A DNA stretch of 64,000 nt from an uncultured Oscillospiraceae bacterium (GCA_905192745.1 CAJJLZ010000005.1:6038-70037), one strand, 5' to 3'. Positions 1 to 10,232 are shown, numbered from the stretch's first letter. Translations and numbers: made by a program. The notes: generated from the letters alone by a model not told the origin.

Positions 1-14
1 GAATCCTAAAGGCT

Positions 15-48
15 GGCCGTCCTGCCGCCCGGCGGGACGGCCGTTTTT
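15..48 (+). terminator. Rho-independent terminator of a + strand gene ending just inside the window
   Basis: GGCCGTCC (15-22) pairs with GGACGGCC (35-42), followed by a T run (44-48). Confidence 0.55.
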
Positions 49-203
49 CGGGCAGGGGGAAAGACCCCACATTATGCCAAGAACACCCCACATCGTGCTC
101 TGTATTTATCGGGAAAGCCGTGCTAACATAACGGTGATTATCGCCCGATTTCAATCGGACGGAAAAGAAAGATTCCAGATATGAGACGAAAGGGGAAATC
201 GTT

Positions 204-1337
204 ATGATTCAGCGCACGCCGCCAATGGGATGGAATTCCTGGAACACCTTCGGTGAAAACATTTCCGAGGAGCTGATTTTCCAGACCGCCGACGCCATGG
301 TGGAAACCGGCCTGCGGGACGCGGGATACGATTATCTGGTGATCGACGACTGCTGGGCGGAAAAGACGCGGGACGCGGACGGCCGTCTGGTTCCCAGCCG
401 GGAGAAATTCCCGCACGGGATGAAGGCGGTCAGCGATTATGTACACAGCAGGGGCCTGAAATTCGGGATGTATTCCTGCACGGGCACTCTGACCTGCGCC
501 GGGTATCCGGGCAGCTTTGAGCATGAGTTTGTGGATGCCGCCACCTTCGCGGAATGGGGGGTGGACTTCCTGAAATACGACTACTGCCATAAGCCGGACT
601 ATGAAGAGGGCCGCCTGCTTTACACCCGGATGGGGCTGGCGCTCGCCAACTGCGGACGGGATATTCTGTTCAGCGCCTGCTCCTGGGGCGCGGATGAAAC
701 GCCGAAGTGGATCAAAGGCACCGGCGCGCACATGTGGCGCTCCACCGGGGATATCGTGGATACCTGGGAATCCATCAAAAACCTTGGGACGATGCAGATC
801 GACCTGCAGGCCTACAACGGCCTGAACTGCTTCAACGATATCGATATGCTGGTCGTCGGGATGGAGGGCCGGGGGAACGTCGGCTTTGCCGGCTGCACGG
901 CGGAGGAATACCGCACCCATTTCAGCCTGTGGGCGATGCTGAACTCGCCGCTGATGATCGGGTGCGATATCCGTTCCATGTCTCCGGAGACTAAGGAAAC
1001 CCTGATGAATCCCGAGATCATCGCGGTCAATCAGGATCCGGCCGGCCGCCAGCCGTTTTTGGTCAACCGCCGGGATAACTCGGTGGTCTGGGCCAAGCTG
1101 CTGGAAGGCGGCGACATCGCCATCGGCGCGTTCAACATGGGGGATTCCGAGACCGCTCCGTATTGCAGTCTGAGCATCCCGCTGGCTAGTCTGGGACTGA
1201 ACCGCTCCTGCGGCAAGTCGCTGATGCTCCGCGACCTGTGGGCGCGGGAGGACGTGGGCCTGGTGGACGATGTGTATCTGGCTTCTCTTCCGGCGCACGG
1301 CTGCCGGATGTTCCGTGCCCGGCTGGTGAACCGCTGA
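204..1337 (+). CDS. GH27 alpha-galactosidase (melibiase)
   Basis: 377-aa ORF. It carries the PPMGWNSWN start motif, VIDDCW and LKYDYC motifs typical of GH27, and a purine-rich RBS upstream. Confidence 0.85.
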   Translation: MIQRTPPMGWNSWNTFGENISEELIFQTADAMVETGLRDAGYDYLVIDDCWAEKTRDADGRLVPSREKFPHGMKAVSDYVHSRGLKFGMYSCTGTLTCAGYPGSFEHEFVDAATFAEWGVDFLKYDYCHKPDYEEGRLLYTRMGLALANCGRDILFSACSWGADETPKWIKGTGAHMWRSTGDIVDTWESIKNLGTMQIDLQAYNGLNCFNDIDMLVVGMEGRGNVGFAGCTAEEYRTHFSLWAMLNSPLMIGCDIRSMSPETKETLMNPEIIAVNQDPAGRQPFLVNRRDNSVVWAKLLEGGDIAIGAFNMGDSETAPYCSLSIPLASLGLNRSCGKSLMLRDLWAREDVGLVDDVYLASLPAHGCRMFRARLVNR

Positions 1338-1491
1338 TTCCGCCGCTGCTTGAGAAACCGCAAATCCCGCCCGCGGACTGCCGGATGAACGGCGGCCCCG
1401 TGGACGGGATTTGTTTTTTTGAAAAATTTTCCGATTCTGCCAATAAAACGCCGCCGTCCTGTGTCATAGAAAACGGGAGGAGGGGAACCGC

Positions 1492-2013
1492 ATGGATAAC
1501 GAACGGCTGCAGCTATGCATCCACCGGCTCCGGGATGGGGACGATACAGCCTTTGAGGAAATCTACGAGGACCTCAAGACGCCGGTGTTCACCATCGTCT
1601 GCCGCATTGTGCGCGACCGGGAGCAGGCGGAGGATATCCTGCACGATCTTTTCCTGAAGCTGTACCAGGCTCCCCCCGCTCCCTCCGTGAAGAATCCGCG
1701 CGCGTGGATCTTTCAGGCAGCGCACAATCTGGCGTTGAACAGCCTGCGGCGGCCGATACCCGCCTCCCTGTCCGAGGACGAACCGGATCCCGGGAATCCG
1801 GTCGCCGACGCGGTCGCCCTGCGTCTGGATATGGAGAAGGCGCTGAAACAGCTTCCGCTGACCGAGACGGCGATTCTTTCCTACCATATTTACGGGGAGA
1901 TGAAATTCCGGGAGATCGCGGAGCTGATGGGGCTGCCTCTCGGCACCGTACTCTGGCGGTACCGCCGGGCGATCCGGCGGCTGCAGGCGTATTTTAAAGG
2001 AGGCAGATCATGA
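1492..2013 (+). CDS. ECF-type RNA polymerase sigma-70 family factor
   Basis: 173 aa. Region 2-like DLFLKLYQ...WIFQAAHN and a region 4 HTH (FREIAELMGLPLGTVLWRYRRA). The stop overlaps the next start (ATGA at 2010-2013). Confidence 0.85.
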   Translation: MDNERLQLCIHRLRDGDDTAFEEIYEDLKTPVFTIVCRIVRDREQAEDILHDLFLKLYQAPPAPSVKNPRAWIFQAAHNLALNSLRRPIPASLSEDEPDPGNPVADAVALRLDMEKALKQLPLTETAILSYHIYGEMKFREIAELMGLPLGTVLWRYRRAIRRLQAYFKGGRS

Positions 2014-2843
2014 AAGCCACAGAAACGAGGAACATAAGCCGAAAAAGAGGAAAAATCGCCGCCGTTTTCCTCGCTCTTTCCCTGTTCGTTTTATCCGGGG
2101 CTTCCTTCGGAGCCGCGGCGGAGGCTCCCCCGGCTTTTCTGGACAGCGAGTGGTCGGCGGAAACGCCCTATCCGGAGTGGTACGGCGGTCGATATATCGA
2201 AAACGGGAAGCTGATCTATGTCCTCACCGCCGGGGAGGAAGAATCCGTGCCGGCCGGATTCCGGGACAGCCATTCCTGCGTCGTCCGGCCGAATTCCTAC
2301 AACACGCTCCGGCGGACGCTGGATGCTCTGACGGCCGAATGGATGCCGTCCGCACCGGACGAAACCGTGTTCGTGCAGGGCGCGGGCGTGTACGAGATGC
2401 AGAACACCGTGAAAGTGGAAATTTTCTGTGAAGACGGCGAAACCGAAGAGGAGACGGCGGAAAACAGGGAAAAGGCGGAGGTTATCAAGGCCCGGCTGCT
2501 GGAAACCTATGGAGGATTGGCGGAGGTCTCCGTTACCAATGCCCGGATCGTCCCTTTGAGCGGCGTCGCTCCCCCTGATACAACGAACCGGCTGTATTTT
2601 CTGCTCCTTCCGGCTCTGCTCGCCCTGCTGTTCCTGTCCGGCGCGGGCGTGTTTCTGTACCGGCGCCGGCGTACGGCCCTCGGCGTACGGCGGCCGGCGG
2701 AAGGACCGATGGAAACAGTGGGCCGCCGGCCGCCCCGGAGCTTTTCCGAAACGGAAGCGGCGGTGCGGGAGCGTACCCTTACACCGTCTCCCGCGCTTTT
2801 TGACCGGATTCGGAAGGATGCCGAAGCCGGAAAAAAGCCCTGA
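2010..2843 (+). CDS. Membrane protein translationally coupled to the ECF sigma (putative anti-sigma/partner)
   Basis: 277 aa with an N-terminal signal/TM segment and a C-terminal TM followed by RRRR. The 4-nt overlap with the sigma gene suggests coupling. No recognisable catalytic motif. Confidence 0.55.
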   Translation: MKATETRNISRKRGKIAAVFLALSLFVLSGASFGAAAEAPPAFLDSEWSAETPYPEWYGGRYIENGKLIYVLTAGEEESVPAGFRDSHSCVVRPNSYNTLRRTLDALTAEWMPSAPDETVFVQGAGVYEMQNTVKVEIFCEDGETEEETAENREKAEVIKARLLETYGGLAEVSVTNARIVPLSGVAPPDTTNRLYFLLLPALLALLFLSGAGVFLYRRRRTALGVRRPAEGPMETVGRRPPRSFSETEAAVRERTLTPSPALFDRIRKDAEAGKKP

Positions 2844-2866
2844 TTCTCGGATTTACCGCATCTTCC

Positions 2867-2922
2867 AATTAGAGCGGGTCTCCCGACCGGGATAGTTCCC
2901 GGCAGGGGGACCCGCTCTAATT
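2867..2922. terminator. Bidirectional stem-loop between convergent genes
   Basis: AATTAGAGCGGGTC (2867-2880) pairs with GACCCGCTCTAATT (2909-2922). A T-rich tract follows. Confidence 0.6.
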
Positions 2923-2926
2923 TATT

Positions 2927-4360
2927 TTATGTCGTTTCTTCCAATCCCCAGGCGGCGGCCAGGCGGGCAACCGCTTCTTCGATCTGCTCCGGCGGAAACC
3001 CGGCGTAGCCCAGCACCACGCCGCCCATGCCGCCGGGCGGGGGAGCGCCGTCCGGCGTATAGTAGCCGGAGAGACCGTATACCCGCACGCCGGCCCGCTC
3101 GGCCGCCGCCGTGAGCGTTTCTTCGTCCCGCCCCTCCGCCTGAAGGAGAAGATGAAGCCCGGTCTCCGCCCCCCGGATACGAAGCGCTTTCCCCGGATCG
3201 TGCCGGGTCAGCGCTTCCAGCAGACGGTCCCTCTTCGCCTTGTAGCGGTTGCGCATCCGGCTGAGATGCCGTTCGAAATACCCGTCCTGCAAAAAGCGGC
3301 GGAGAACGTGCTGCTCAAAGCTCGGAACGGTGGAGGAGTAAAACAGGAAATCCCGCTGATACAGGGCGAGAAGCGGCTTCGGCAGCACCATATACCCGAT
3401 GCGCAGGGAGGGAGCGAGGGTCTTGGCAAAGGTGTTGAAATAAATCACCCGTCCATTCCGGTCCAGTCCCTGCAAGGCGGGGATCGGCCGCCCGGCGAAG
3501 CGGAACTCGCTGTCGTAGTCGTCCTCCAGAATAATCCGCCCCTCCGCCTCCTCCGCCCAGCGGAGCAGTTCCATCCGCCGCCGTACCGGCATCACCGTCC
3601 CGAGCGGGAAGTGATGGGAGGGGGTGACATGGACGACGTCCGCCCCGCTCCGCCGCAGTCCGTCCACCCGCAGCCCGTCCTCGTCCAGCCGGATCGGGAC
3701 GACCCGCGCCCCGCCTCCCTCAAAAATCCGGCGGGTTTTGGGATAGCCCGGGTTTTCCACCGCATAGCGTTTATCCCTGCCGAGCAGTTGAATAGCCAGC
3801 CCCAGCAGGTATTCCGATCCGGCTCCCACCACGATTTGTTCAGGGGAGGCCAGGATGCCGCGGTAATCCCGCAGATACCGCGCGATTTCGGTCCGCAGTC
3901 CGGGGTCCCCCTGCGGATGAACGGCCCGCAGCAGTCCGCGGCTGTCCTCGCACAGAATCTCCCGGGTCAGCCGCGCCCACACCGAAAAGGGAAAATGGTC
4001 GGTATCCACCGCGTTGGTGCGGAAATCGTACCGGGGCGGGGGAGCGGCCTCCCCGGCGGGAAGCTCCGCCGTCTGCAAAACGGAGGAAAAGGGTGGCGGC
4101 GCGGGACGCAGCGGCGCTTCCATCCGCTGAACGTAATAGCCGCTGCGGGGCCGGGCGGTCAGGTAGCCCTCGGCCGTCAGTTGTTCATAGGCGGTTTCCA
4201 CCGTGTTCTGGCTGATCTTCAGATGGGCGCAGAGCGCCCGCTTGGAGGGGAGCTTTTCCCCAGCGGCTAACCGGCCGGTTTCGATTTCTCCCCGGATATA
4301 GCGGTAAAGCTGTTCGTACAGCGGCGTTTCCAAACGGCTGTCCAGAGAAACGGTCAGCAT
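2927..4360 (-). CDS. pdxR: MocR/GntR-family regulator with aminotransferase-like domain (PdxR-type)
   Basis: 477 aa. N-terminal GntR wHTH (LPSKRALCAHLKISQNTVETAYEQL) plus a long fold-type-I aminotransferase-like C-terminal domain. It is divergent from pdxS-pdxT. Confidence 0.8.
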   Translation of the reverse strand: MLTVSLDSRLETPLYEQLYRYIRGEIETGRLAAGEKLPSKRALCAHLKISQNTVETAYEQLTAEGYLTARPRSGYYVQRMEAPLRPAPPPFSSVLQTAELPAGEAAPPPRYDFRTNAVDTDHFPFSVWARLTREILCEDSRGLLRAVHPQGDPGLRTEIARYLRDYRGILASPEQIVVGAGSEYLLGLAIQLLGRDKRYAVENPGYPKTRRIFEGGGARVVPIRLDEDGLRVDGLRRSGADVVHVTPSHHFPLGTVMPVRRRMELLRWAEEAEGRIILEDDYDSEFRFAGRPIPALQGLDRNGRVIYFNTFAKTLAPSLRIGYMVLPKPLLALYQRDFLFYSSTVPSFEQHVLRRFLQDGYFERHLSRMRNRYKAKRDRLLEALTRHDPGKALRIRGAETGLHLLLQAEGRDEETLTAAAERAGVRVYGLSGYYTPDGAPPPGGMGGVVLGYAGFPPEQIEEAVARLAAAWGLEETT

Positions 4361-4378
4361 AAAAAAGCCCTCCCGGTT

Positions 4379-4430
4379 AAACTGACATCATAAAATAGTC
4401 GTAAACTGGCTATTTAAATGATGCCAGTTT
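4379..4430. promoter_or_regulatory. Candidate PdxR operator: AAACTGAC, AAACTGGC (direct) and GCCAGTTT (inverted)
   Basis: Boxes lie at 4379-4386, 4403-4410 and 4423-4430. A TATAAT at 4435-4440 has a poor -35. Confidence 0.45.
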
Positions 4431-4499
4431 TTTTTATAATAAAGCATAAACCGACCGGCCGTCAAGTCCGGCGCGATCATTTTCAAAGGAGAATGCAGT

Positions 4500-5381
4500 A
4501 TGAGCGAACGTTATGAACGGTACGAACTCAATAAAAATCTGGCGCAGATGCTGAAGGGCGGCGTTATTATGGACGTCACCACCCCCGAACAGGCGAAGAT
4601 CGCGGAAGCGGCGGGCGCCTGCGCAGTCATGGCGCTGGAGCGTATCCCCGCCGATATCCGCGCGGCGGGCGGCGTGTCCCGGATGAGCGACCCCAAAATG
4701 ATTAAGGGCATCCAGCAGGCGGTTTCCATCCCGGTTATGGCGAAGGTGCGGATCGGCCACATTGCGGAGGCGCAGATTCTGCAGGCTATCGAGATCGATT
4801 ACATCGACGAGAGCGAGGTGCTCTCCCCGGCCGACGATAAATACCATATCGACAAAACGCGGTTCGACGTGCCGTTCGTCTGCGGCGCGAAGGATCTGGG
4901 CGAAGCGCTCCGCCGGATCGCGGAGGGAGCGTCCATGATCCGTACCAAGGGGGAGCCGGGAACCGGCGACGTGGTGCAAGCCGTCCGCCATATGCGGATG
5001 ATGACCAGCGAGATGCGCCGCCTTCAGTCAATGCGGGAGGATGAGCTGTATCAGGCCGCCAAGGAGCTGATGGTGCCGGTGGAGCTGGTGCGGTACGTCC
5101 ATGAGCACGGCAAGCTGCCGGTGGTCAACTTTGCCGCCGGCGGGGTCGCCACCCCGGCCGATGCGGCGCTGATGATGCAGCTTGGCGCGGAGGGCGTGTT
5201 CGTCGGTTCCGGCATCTTCAAGTCGGGCAATCCGGCCAAGCGGGCGGCGGCGATCGTCAAGGCCGTCACCAATTATAACGACCCGGCGATGCTCGCCGAG
5301 TTGTCGGAGGATCTGGGCGAGGCGATGGTCGGCATCAATGAGCAGGAGATCGAACTGCTGATGGCGGAGCGCGGAAAGTAA
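4500..5381 (+). CDS. pdxS: Pyridoxal 5'-phosphate synthase, lyase subunit PdxS
   Basis: 293 aa with a canonical PdxS/SNZ sequence ([31 protein letters not shown]). AGGAG RBS. Confidence 0.95.
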   Translation: MSERYERYELNKNLAQMLKGGVIMDVTTPEQAKIAEAAGACAVMALERIPADIRAAGGVSRMSDPKMIKGIQQAVSIPVMAKVRIGHIAEAQILQAIEIDYIDESEVLSPADDKYHIDKTRFDVPFVCGAKDLGEALRRIAEGASMIRTKGEPGTGDVVQAVRHMRMMTSEMRRLQSMREDELYQAAKELMVPVELVRYVHEHGKLPVVNFAAGGVATPADAALMMQLGAEGVFVGSGIFKSGNPAKRAAAIVKAVTNYNDPAMLAELSEDLGEAMVGINEQEIELLMAERGK

Positions 5382-5417
5382 CCGGAACCAAGGGGCTTTG
5401 AAAGGAACGGATATACG

Positions 5418-5984
5418 ATGACCATAGCCATTCTGGCGGTGCAGGGCGCGTTCGCCGAGCACGCCGCCATGCTGGACCGCCTGTCGGCCGGGCATTTTGA
5501 AATTCGGCGGAAAAGCGATCTGGACCGCCCGTTCGACGGGCTGATCCTCCCCGGCGGGGAGAGCACGGTAATGAACAAGCTGCTCCGGGAGCTGGAGCTG
5601 TATGAGCCGCTGAAATCGAAGATTGAGAACGGCCTGCCGGTGTTCGGCACCTGCGCCGGCCTGATCCTGCTGGCCGACCGGGTGGAGGGCGGCGTCCCCT
5701 GCTTCGGCGGGATGGATATCACCGCCCGGCGGAACGCCTACGGCCGTCAGCTCGGCTCTTTCCATACGCAGGAGCGTTTCGGCGGAGAGGACGCCGTGCC
5801 GATGGTGTTCATCCGCGCTCCCTATATCGCGCAGGCGGGGCCGGGGGTGGAAATCCTCGCTCGGACCGGCGGCCGTATCGTCGCCGCCCGGCAGGGGAAC
5901 CGCCTCGTCACCGCCTTTCATCCCGAGCTGACGGAGGATATCCGGGTACACGCCCGTTTTCTCGAGATGGCGGCCGCCGGGTAA
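5418..5984 (+). CDS. pdxT: Pyridoxal 5'-phosphate synthase, glutaminase subunit PdxT
   Basis: 188 aa class I amidotransferase with a GTCAG nucleophile elbow, directly downstream of pdxS. Confidence 0.95.
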   Translation: MTIAILAVQGAFAEHAAMLDRLSAGHFEIRRKSDLDRPFDGLILPGGESTVMNKLLRELELYEPLKSKIENGLPVFGTCAGLILLADRVEGGVPCFGGMDITARRNAYGRQLGSFHTQERFGGEDAVPMVFIRAPYIAQAGPGVEILARTGGRIVAARQGNRLVTAFHPELTEDIRVHARFLEMAAAG

Positions 5985-6018
5985 AGTGGTAAATGCCCGA
6001 CGTATATGCTTACTGCAT

Positions 6019-6058
6019 AAAGAAGAGGCTTCCGGTCCTTGCCGGAAGCCTCTTCTTT
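6019..6058. terminator. Bidirectional terminator between pdxT and metH
   Basis: 17-bp arms AAAGAAGAGGCTTCCGG / CCGGAAGCCTCTTCTTT with a 6-nt loop. Confidence 0.75.
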
Positions 6059-6068
6059 ATATGCCTTT

Positions 6069-8486
6069 TTACTGTCCCAGAATCCGGCGGGCGATGTCCA
6101 CCGATTCCTTTGCGTCTTTGGAATAATAGTCCGCGCCAATCTTTTCGGCGTATTCCGGAGTAAGGACCGCGCCGCCCACCATGATCTTGACCGGAACATG
6201 GTTTTCATGCAGCAGGGCGATGGTCTTTTCCATGCTCTTGAGGGTGGTGGTCATCAGGGCGCTGAGTCCCACGATATCCGCCTTGTGGCGAATCGCCGCG
6301 TCCACCACCGCCTGATGGTCTACGTCCCGGCCGAGATCGATCACCGTATATCCGTAATTCTCCAGAAGAACCTTTACAATATTTTTGCCGATGTCGTGGA
6401 TATCTCCCTTTACCGTGGCCAGCACAATGGTTCCCTTGCTCACCGGCGCGTCGTTCCCGGCCGCGATTTTCGCCTTAATCACGTCGAACGCCGCCTGCGC
6501 CGCCCCCGCCGCCTGAATGAGCTGGGGGAGGAACAGGGTTCCCTTTTCAAACGCGGCGCCGGTCCGGTCCAGCGCGGGAATCAGTAGGGTGTCCACCACC
6601 TCCATCGGGTCGGCGGTTTCCAGCAGCGAGGAGGTGATCCGCGCCGCGTCGGCCTTCAAACCGTTTTCCACCGCATACGCGAGGTCGTCCGTCCGTTTCG
6701 GTTCAGCCGGGGCAGACGACGGCGAGGGGGCGGGAGAGGCGGCGGGGGCGGAAGGGGCCGAAGCCGTCCCGGCATAGGCGGCAACGAATTCCTGTGCGTT
6801 GCGGTCGAGGTTATACAGCAGATGGAAGGCCCGCACCGCGCCGGTCATTGCTGCGATGTTGGGGTTGATAATGGGCAGATCCAGCCCGTGGGCGAGGGCG
6901 AGGGTAAGAAAGGTCTGGTTGACCAGCTCCCGGTTCGGCAGACCGAAGGAGATATTGGATACCCCCAGCACGGTTTTCAGCCCCAGCCGTTCCTTCACCA
7001 TCTGCAGGGCCTTCAGCGTTTCTCTGACCGCCTCCTGCTCCGCCGAGGCGGTCAGGGTCAGACAGTCGATAAAGACGTTCTCGCGGGGAATGCCGCAGGA
7101 GATCGCCCGGCGAAGAATTTTCTGCGCGATGGCGAAGCGCTGTTCCGCCAGGGGAGGGATACCGTTTTTGTCCAGCGTCAGCCCCACCACGGCGGCCCCG
7201 TATTTCCGGACCAGCGGCAGAACGGAGGAAAGGGATTCGTCGTCCCCGTTCACCGAATTGACAATTGCCCGCCCATGGTACAGCCGCAGTCCGCGCTCCA
7301 GCGCGTCGGGGTCGGAGGAATCGAGCTGGAGCGGCGCGTCGGTCACCCCCTGCAGCGCCTTGACGCAGCGGGCCATCATCGCCGGCTCGTCAATTTCGGG
7401 CAGGCCGACGTTCACATCGAGAATATCCGCCCCAGCCTCGGTCTGCTGAAGGGCCTGAGTGAGGATATAATCCACGTCTTCCCGCCGAAGAGCGGCCTGA
7501 AACAGCTTCTTTCCGGTCGGATTGATCCGTTCCCCGATGATCCGGGCGCGGTCGATCGGCACCACACGGGTGGCGCTGCAGACCGCCGAATTCCGGACCG
7601 CCGGACGCGCCGCCGGAGGGGGGAAGCCGTCGATCGCTTCCCGGACAGCGGCGATATAGGCGGGGGTGGTGCCGCAGCAGCCGCCCAGGATTTTTACACC
7701 CTTTCCGGCGAGCGCGGCGGCGGAAGCGGCAAACTGCGCGGGGGAGATATCGTAATCTCCCGTCGCCGGATCGGGAAGTCCCGCATTCGGCTTGACGATC
7801 AGGGGCAGGGAAGACCACTCCAGCAGCTCGTCCACCAGCGGCGCGAGCTCGTCCGGCCCGAGGGAACAGTTGACGCCGAGCGCGTCCGCTCCCAGTCCTT
7901 CCAGCGTCAGCGCCATCGAGGGGATACCGCAGCCGGTGAAGGTGCGGCGGTTTTTTTCAAAGGTCATGGTGCAGAGCACCGGCAGACTGCTGTGCTCCTT
8001 TGCCGCGAGGACGGCGGCCCGCGCCTCTCCGAGGTCGGTCAGGGTCTCCAGCACGATCAAATCGGCCCCGGCGGCCGTACCGGCCTCCACCTGCTCGCGG
8101 AAAATATCCACCGCCTCGTCGAAGGAAAGACTGCCGGTTGGTTCCAGCAGCTGGCCGATCGGACCGATGTCCAGCGCGACCAGACAGTCGGTCCCCTCCG
8201 CCGCTTTCCGCGCGGCGGCGACCCCGGCGGCGACCACCTCGGCCGCCGTCCGTCCGGAGCCGGCCAGCTTGTGCCGGTTGGCCCCGAAGGTATTGGCGTA
8301 GATCACGTCCGCTCCCGCTTCGATATAAGCGCGATGGATGGCGGTGATCTGGCCGGGATTCTCCATATTAAGCAGTTCGGGCGTTGCGCCGAGGGGAAGC
8401 CCCGCTTTTTGCAGCATGGTTCCCATCGCGCCGTCCAGCAGCACGAACGGTTTATTCAGCAGTGTGGGAAAGTCCACAAAATTCAC
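6069..8486 (-). CDS. metH: Cobalamin-dependent methionine synthase lacking the C-terminal activation domain
   Basis: 805 aa. Hcy-binding domain ending GGCCGTTPAYI, a pterin-binding region, and B12-binding DxHxxG (GDIHDIGKN). No AdoMet-activation module. Confidence 0.9.
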   Translation of the reverse strand: MNFVDFPTLLNKPFVLLDGAMGTMLQKAGLPLGATPELLNMENPGQITAIHRAYIEAGADVIYANTFGANRHKLAGSGRTAAEVVAAGVAAARKAAEGTDCLVALDIGPIGQLLEPTGSLSFDEAVDIFREQVEAGTAAGADLIVLETLTDLGEARAAVLAAKEHSSLPVLCTMTFEKNRRTFTGCGIPSMALTLEGLGADALGVNCSLGPDELAPLVDELLEWSSLPLIVKPNAGLPDPATGDYDISPAQFAASAAALAGKGVKILGGCCGTTPAYIAAVREAIDGFPPPAARPAVRNSAVCSATRVVPIDRARIIGERINPTGKKLFQAALRREDVDYILTQALQQTEAGADILDVNVGLPEIDEPAMMARCVKALQGVTDAPLQLDSSDPDALERGLRLYHGRAIVNSVNGDDESLSSVLPLVRKYGAAVVGLTLDKNGIPPLAEQRFAIAQKILRRAISCGIPRENVFIDCLTLTASAEQEAVRETLKALQMVKERLGLKTVLGVSNISFGLPNRELVNQTFLTLALAHGLDLPIINPNIAAMTGAVRAFHLLYNLDRNAQEFVAAYAGTASAPSAPAASPAPSPSSAPAEPKRTDDLAYAVENGLKADAARITSSLLETADPMEVVDTLLIPALDRTGAAFEKGTLFLPQLIQAAGAAQAAFDVIKAKIAAGNDAPVSKGTIVLATVKGDIHDIGKNIVKVLLENYGYTVIDLGRDVDHQAVVDAAIRHKADIVGLSALMTTTLKSMEKTIALLHENHVPVKIMVGGAVLTPEYAEKIGADYYSKDAKESVDIARRILGQ

Positions 8487-9219
8487 CCTTTCTTCGGAAA
8501 GCGCAGTTGCCGCGCAGAGAACAGCGGGCGCATCCGGTCCGCGGATCGGATGGCGCCGCGTCGGTTACCCCGAAAACGGCGGTTACCGATTTCCGGGGGG
8601 TCAGGATATCGCTGTCGGTGACGCAAAGCCCGATTTTCCGGGGCGCGTCCAGCGCGGCAAGAAAAGCCGCCTGAATGGAAAGCGGCAGATCTCCGTAGCC
8701 CGGGCTGAAGCGGGTGGTGAAGCCGGCCGGACGGCCTTCCTCCCCAAACAGCGGCTTTACCTGCCGTTCCACTTCATCACAGAGCTGCTCGACCAGCGTG
8801 GTCGCGCAGCAGTCCATTACCAGCCCCGCGGTTACGTCCTGCACCTGCCTGCGCCGAATCAGCGCGTCCGCCTGCATGGACAGGGTGGCGCAGAGAAGCA
8901 CGGCGGTATGACAGCCCGCCAGATGGGCGGCAATGTCCTCCCCCGGAAGGGCGAGGCTGCAGCCGTCCAACGTCAGAGCGCCGGACTCTTCCGAAAAGGC
9001 GGATGACTTTACAAGCGGAAAGGCGGCGTACACCGCCCGGGGACGGACTTCTTTGGTTAGTTCGTCAATACAGCGGTCCACCAGCGCGTCGGTGGCCGGA
9101 TTGGGCGCGGTTCCCCCATAGCCGAGATACCGCAGCACCTCCGGCTTATCAATGGGGGGAAGAGAGGAACCGGACGGCTGAAAAACCACCGGCGCGAGAT
9201 AAGGAGTCATGGGAATCAC
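8452..9219 (-). CDS. Stand-alone methionine synthase activation-domain protein
   Basis: 255 aa located between metF and metH, overlapping the metH start by 35 nt. GTG start with GAGGAGG 6 nt upstream. The composition and Cys-rich tail are typical of the separate activation subunit found in Clostridia. Confidence 0.7.
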   Translation of the reverse strand: MIPMTPYLAPVVFQPSGSSLPPIDKPEVLRYLGYGGTAPNPATDALVDRCIDELTKEVRPRAVYAAFPLVKSSAFSEESGALTLDGCSLALPGEDIAAHLAGCHTAVLLCATLSMQADALIRRRQVQDVTAGLVMDCCATTLVEQLCDEVERQVKPLFGEEGRPAGFTTRFSPGYGDLPLSIQAAFLAALDAPRKIGLCVTDSDILTPRKSVTAVFGVTDAAPSDPRTGCARCSLRGNCAFRRKGEFCGLSHTAE

Positions 9220-9243
9220 AGGCAGCCTCCTCGTCCAAAAGCC

Positions 9244-10110
9244 TCAGTCAAACAGAGAGGCGACGCTTTCGGTGATCCGGCGCGCCACCATAGGGTTGTT
9301 CATTGTGTAAAGATGAATGCCTTGCACCCCGTTGGAGACCAGATCCACAATCTGATCGATGGCATAAGCGATGCCCGCATCCCGCAGCGCCTCCGGTTTG
9401 TTTTCGTACCGGCTCATAATCTTGGAGAATTTCGCCGGAAGGCTGGCGCCGCACATCGACACCATCCGCTCGATCTGCTTTTTATTCACTACCGGCATAA
9501 TACCGGCTTCAATCGGCTGGGTGATGCCCGCGATCCGCGCCCGTTCGAGAAACGCATAGAAGGCGGCGTTGTCGAAGAAAAGCTGGGAAACCAGATGCTC
9601 CGCCCCGGCGTCCGCTTTCCTTTTCAGGTTGAGCACATCCTCCACCAGAGAATCGCATTCAATGTGTCCCTCGGGATAACAGGCGGCCGAAAGATGAAAT
9701 TCCGGATCCTGCTCCCGGATGAAAGCGATCAGGTCGCTGGCGTGCCGAAAATCCGTCTTGGGCGGATGATCGGGGGAAAAATCCCCCCGCAGGGCGAGTA
9801 TGCTGCGGATATTCCGCTCTTTCAGCCGCGCAAGGTTCTGCAGAATTTCCTCTTTGGTGCTGCTGACGCAGGTAAGGTGGGCGAGAGGCTCGATATGATA
9901 GGTGTTCTGAATGATCGACGCGATTTCACAGGTGGATTGGTCGGCGACGTTGCCGCCCGCCCCATAGGTCACGCTGATAAAGTCCGGACGCAGGTTTTTG
10001 AGCTGGTCCAGCGTGCTGTAGATCGTATCGATGGAACTGGTGCGCTTTGGGGGAAACACCTCAAAGGAGAACACCGTCGATTTTTTCTGAAAAAGTTCAG
10101 CAATGGCCAT
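9244..10110 (-). CDS. metF: Methylenetetrahydrofolate reductase
   Basis: 288 aa MTHFR-family sequence (FSFEVFPPK, VTYGAGG, LRGD). First gene of the met operon. Confidence 0.9.
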   Translation of the reverse strand: MAIAELFQKKSTVFSFEVFPPKRTSSIDTIYSTLDQLKNLRPDFISVTYGAGGNVADQSTCEIASIIQNTYHIEPLAHLTCVSSTKEEILQNLARLKERNIRSILALRGDFSPDHPPKTDFRHASDLIAFIREQDPEFHLSAACYPEGHIECDSLVEDVLNLKRKADAGAEHLVSQLFFDNAAFYAFLERARIAGITQPIEAGIMPVVNKKQIERMVSMCGASLPAKFSKIMSRYENKPEALRDAGIAYAIDQIVDLVSNGVQGIHLYTMNNPMVARRITESVASLFD

Positions 10111-10168
10111 GTAATCAGATCCTTTCGACAGAGCGGATGTCCTGAAGGAAATTCAGGGGGCGTTTCCT

Positions 10169-10197
10169 ATCATACACGAAAATTTCCGGAAATGCAA
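10169..10197 (-). promoter_or_regulatory. Candidate sigma-A promoter of the metF operon
   Basis: TTGCAT, a 17-nt spacer, then TATGAT on the minus strand. This leaves a leader of only about 58 nt. Confidence 0.4.
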
Positions 10198-10232
10198 ACC
10201 GAAGGAAGCGGATGAAAGGAACCAATCGGCAG

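Noticed and set aside
6822-8621. Very long ORFs antisense to clearly identified genes. Examples are 6822..8621 opposite metH, 13010..14956 opposite the CapD-like gene, 17504..19012 opposite apbE, 24564..26543 opposite the ABC-F gene, 30850..33402, 34482..36446, 35710..37296, 37350..38756, 39093..41342 and 43678..46569.
   Set aside because: Their translations are Arg/Gly/Pro/His-rich low-complexity strings with no motifs, and they lack RBS signals. The opposite strand encodes textbook proteins in every case. Long stop-free antisense frames are expected at this GC content.
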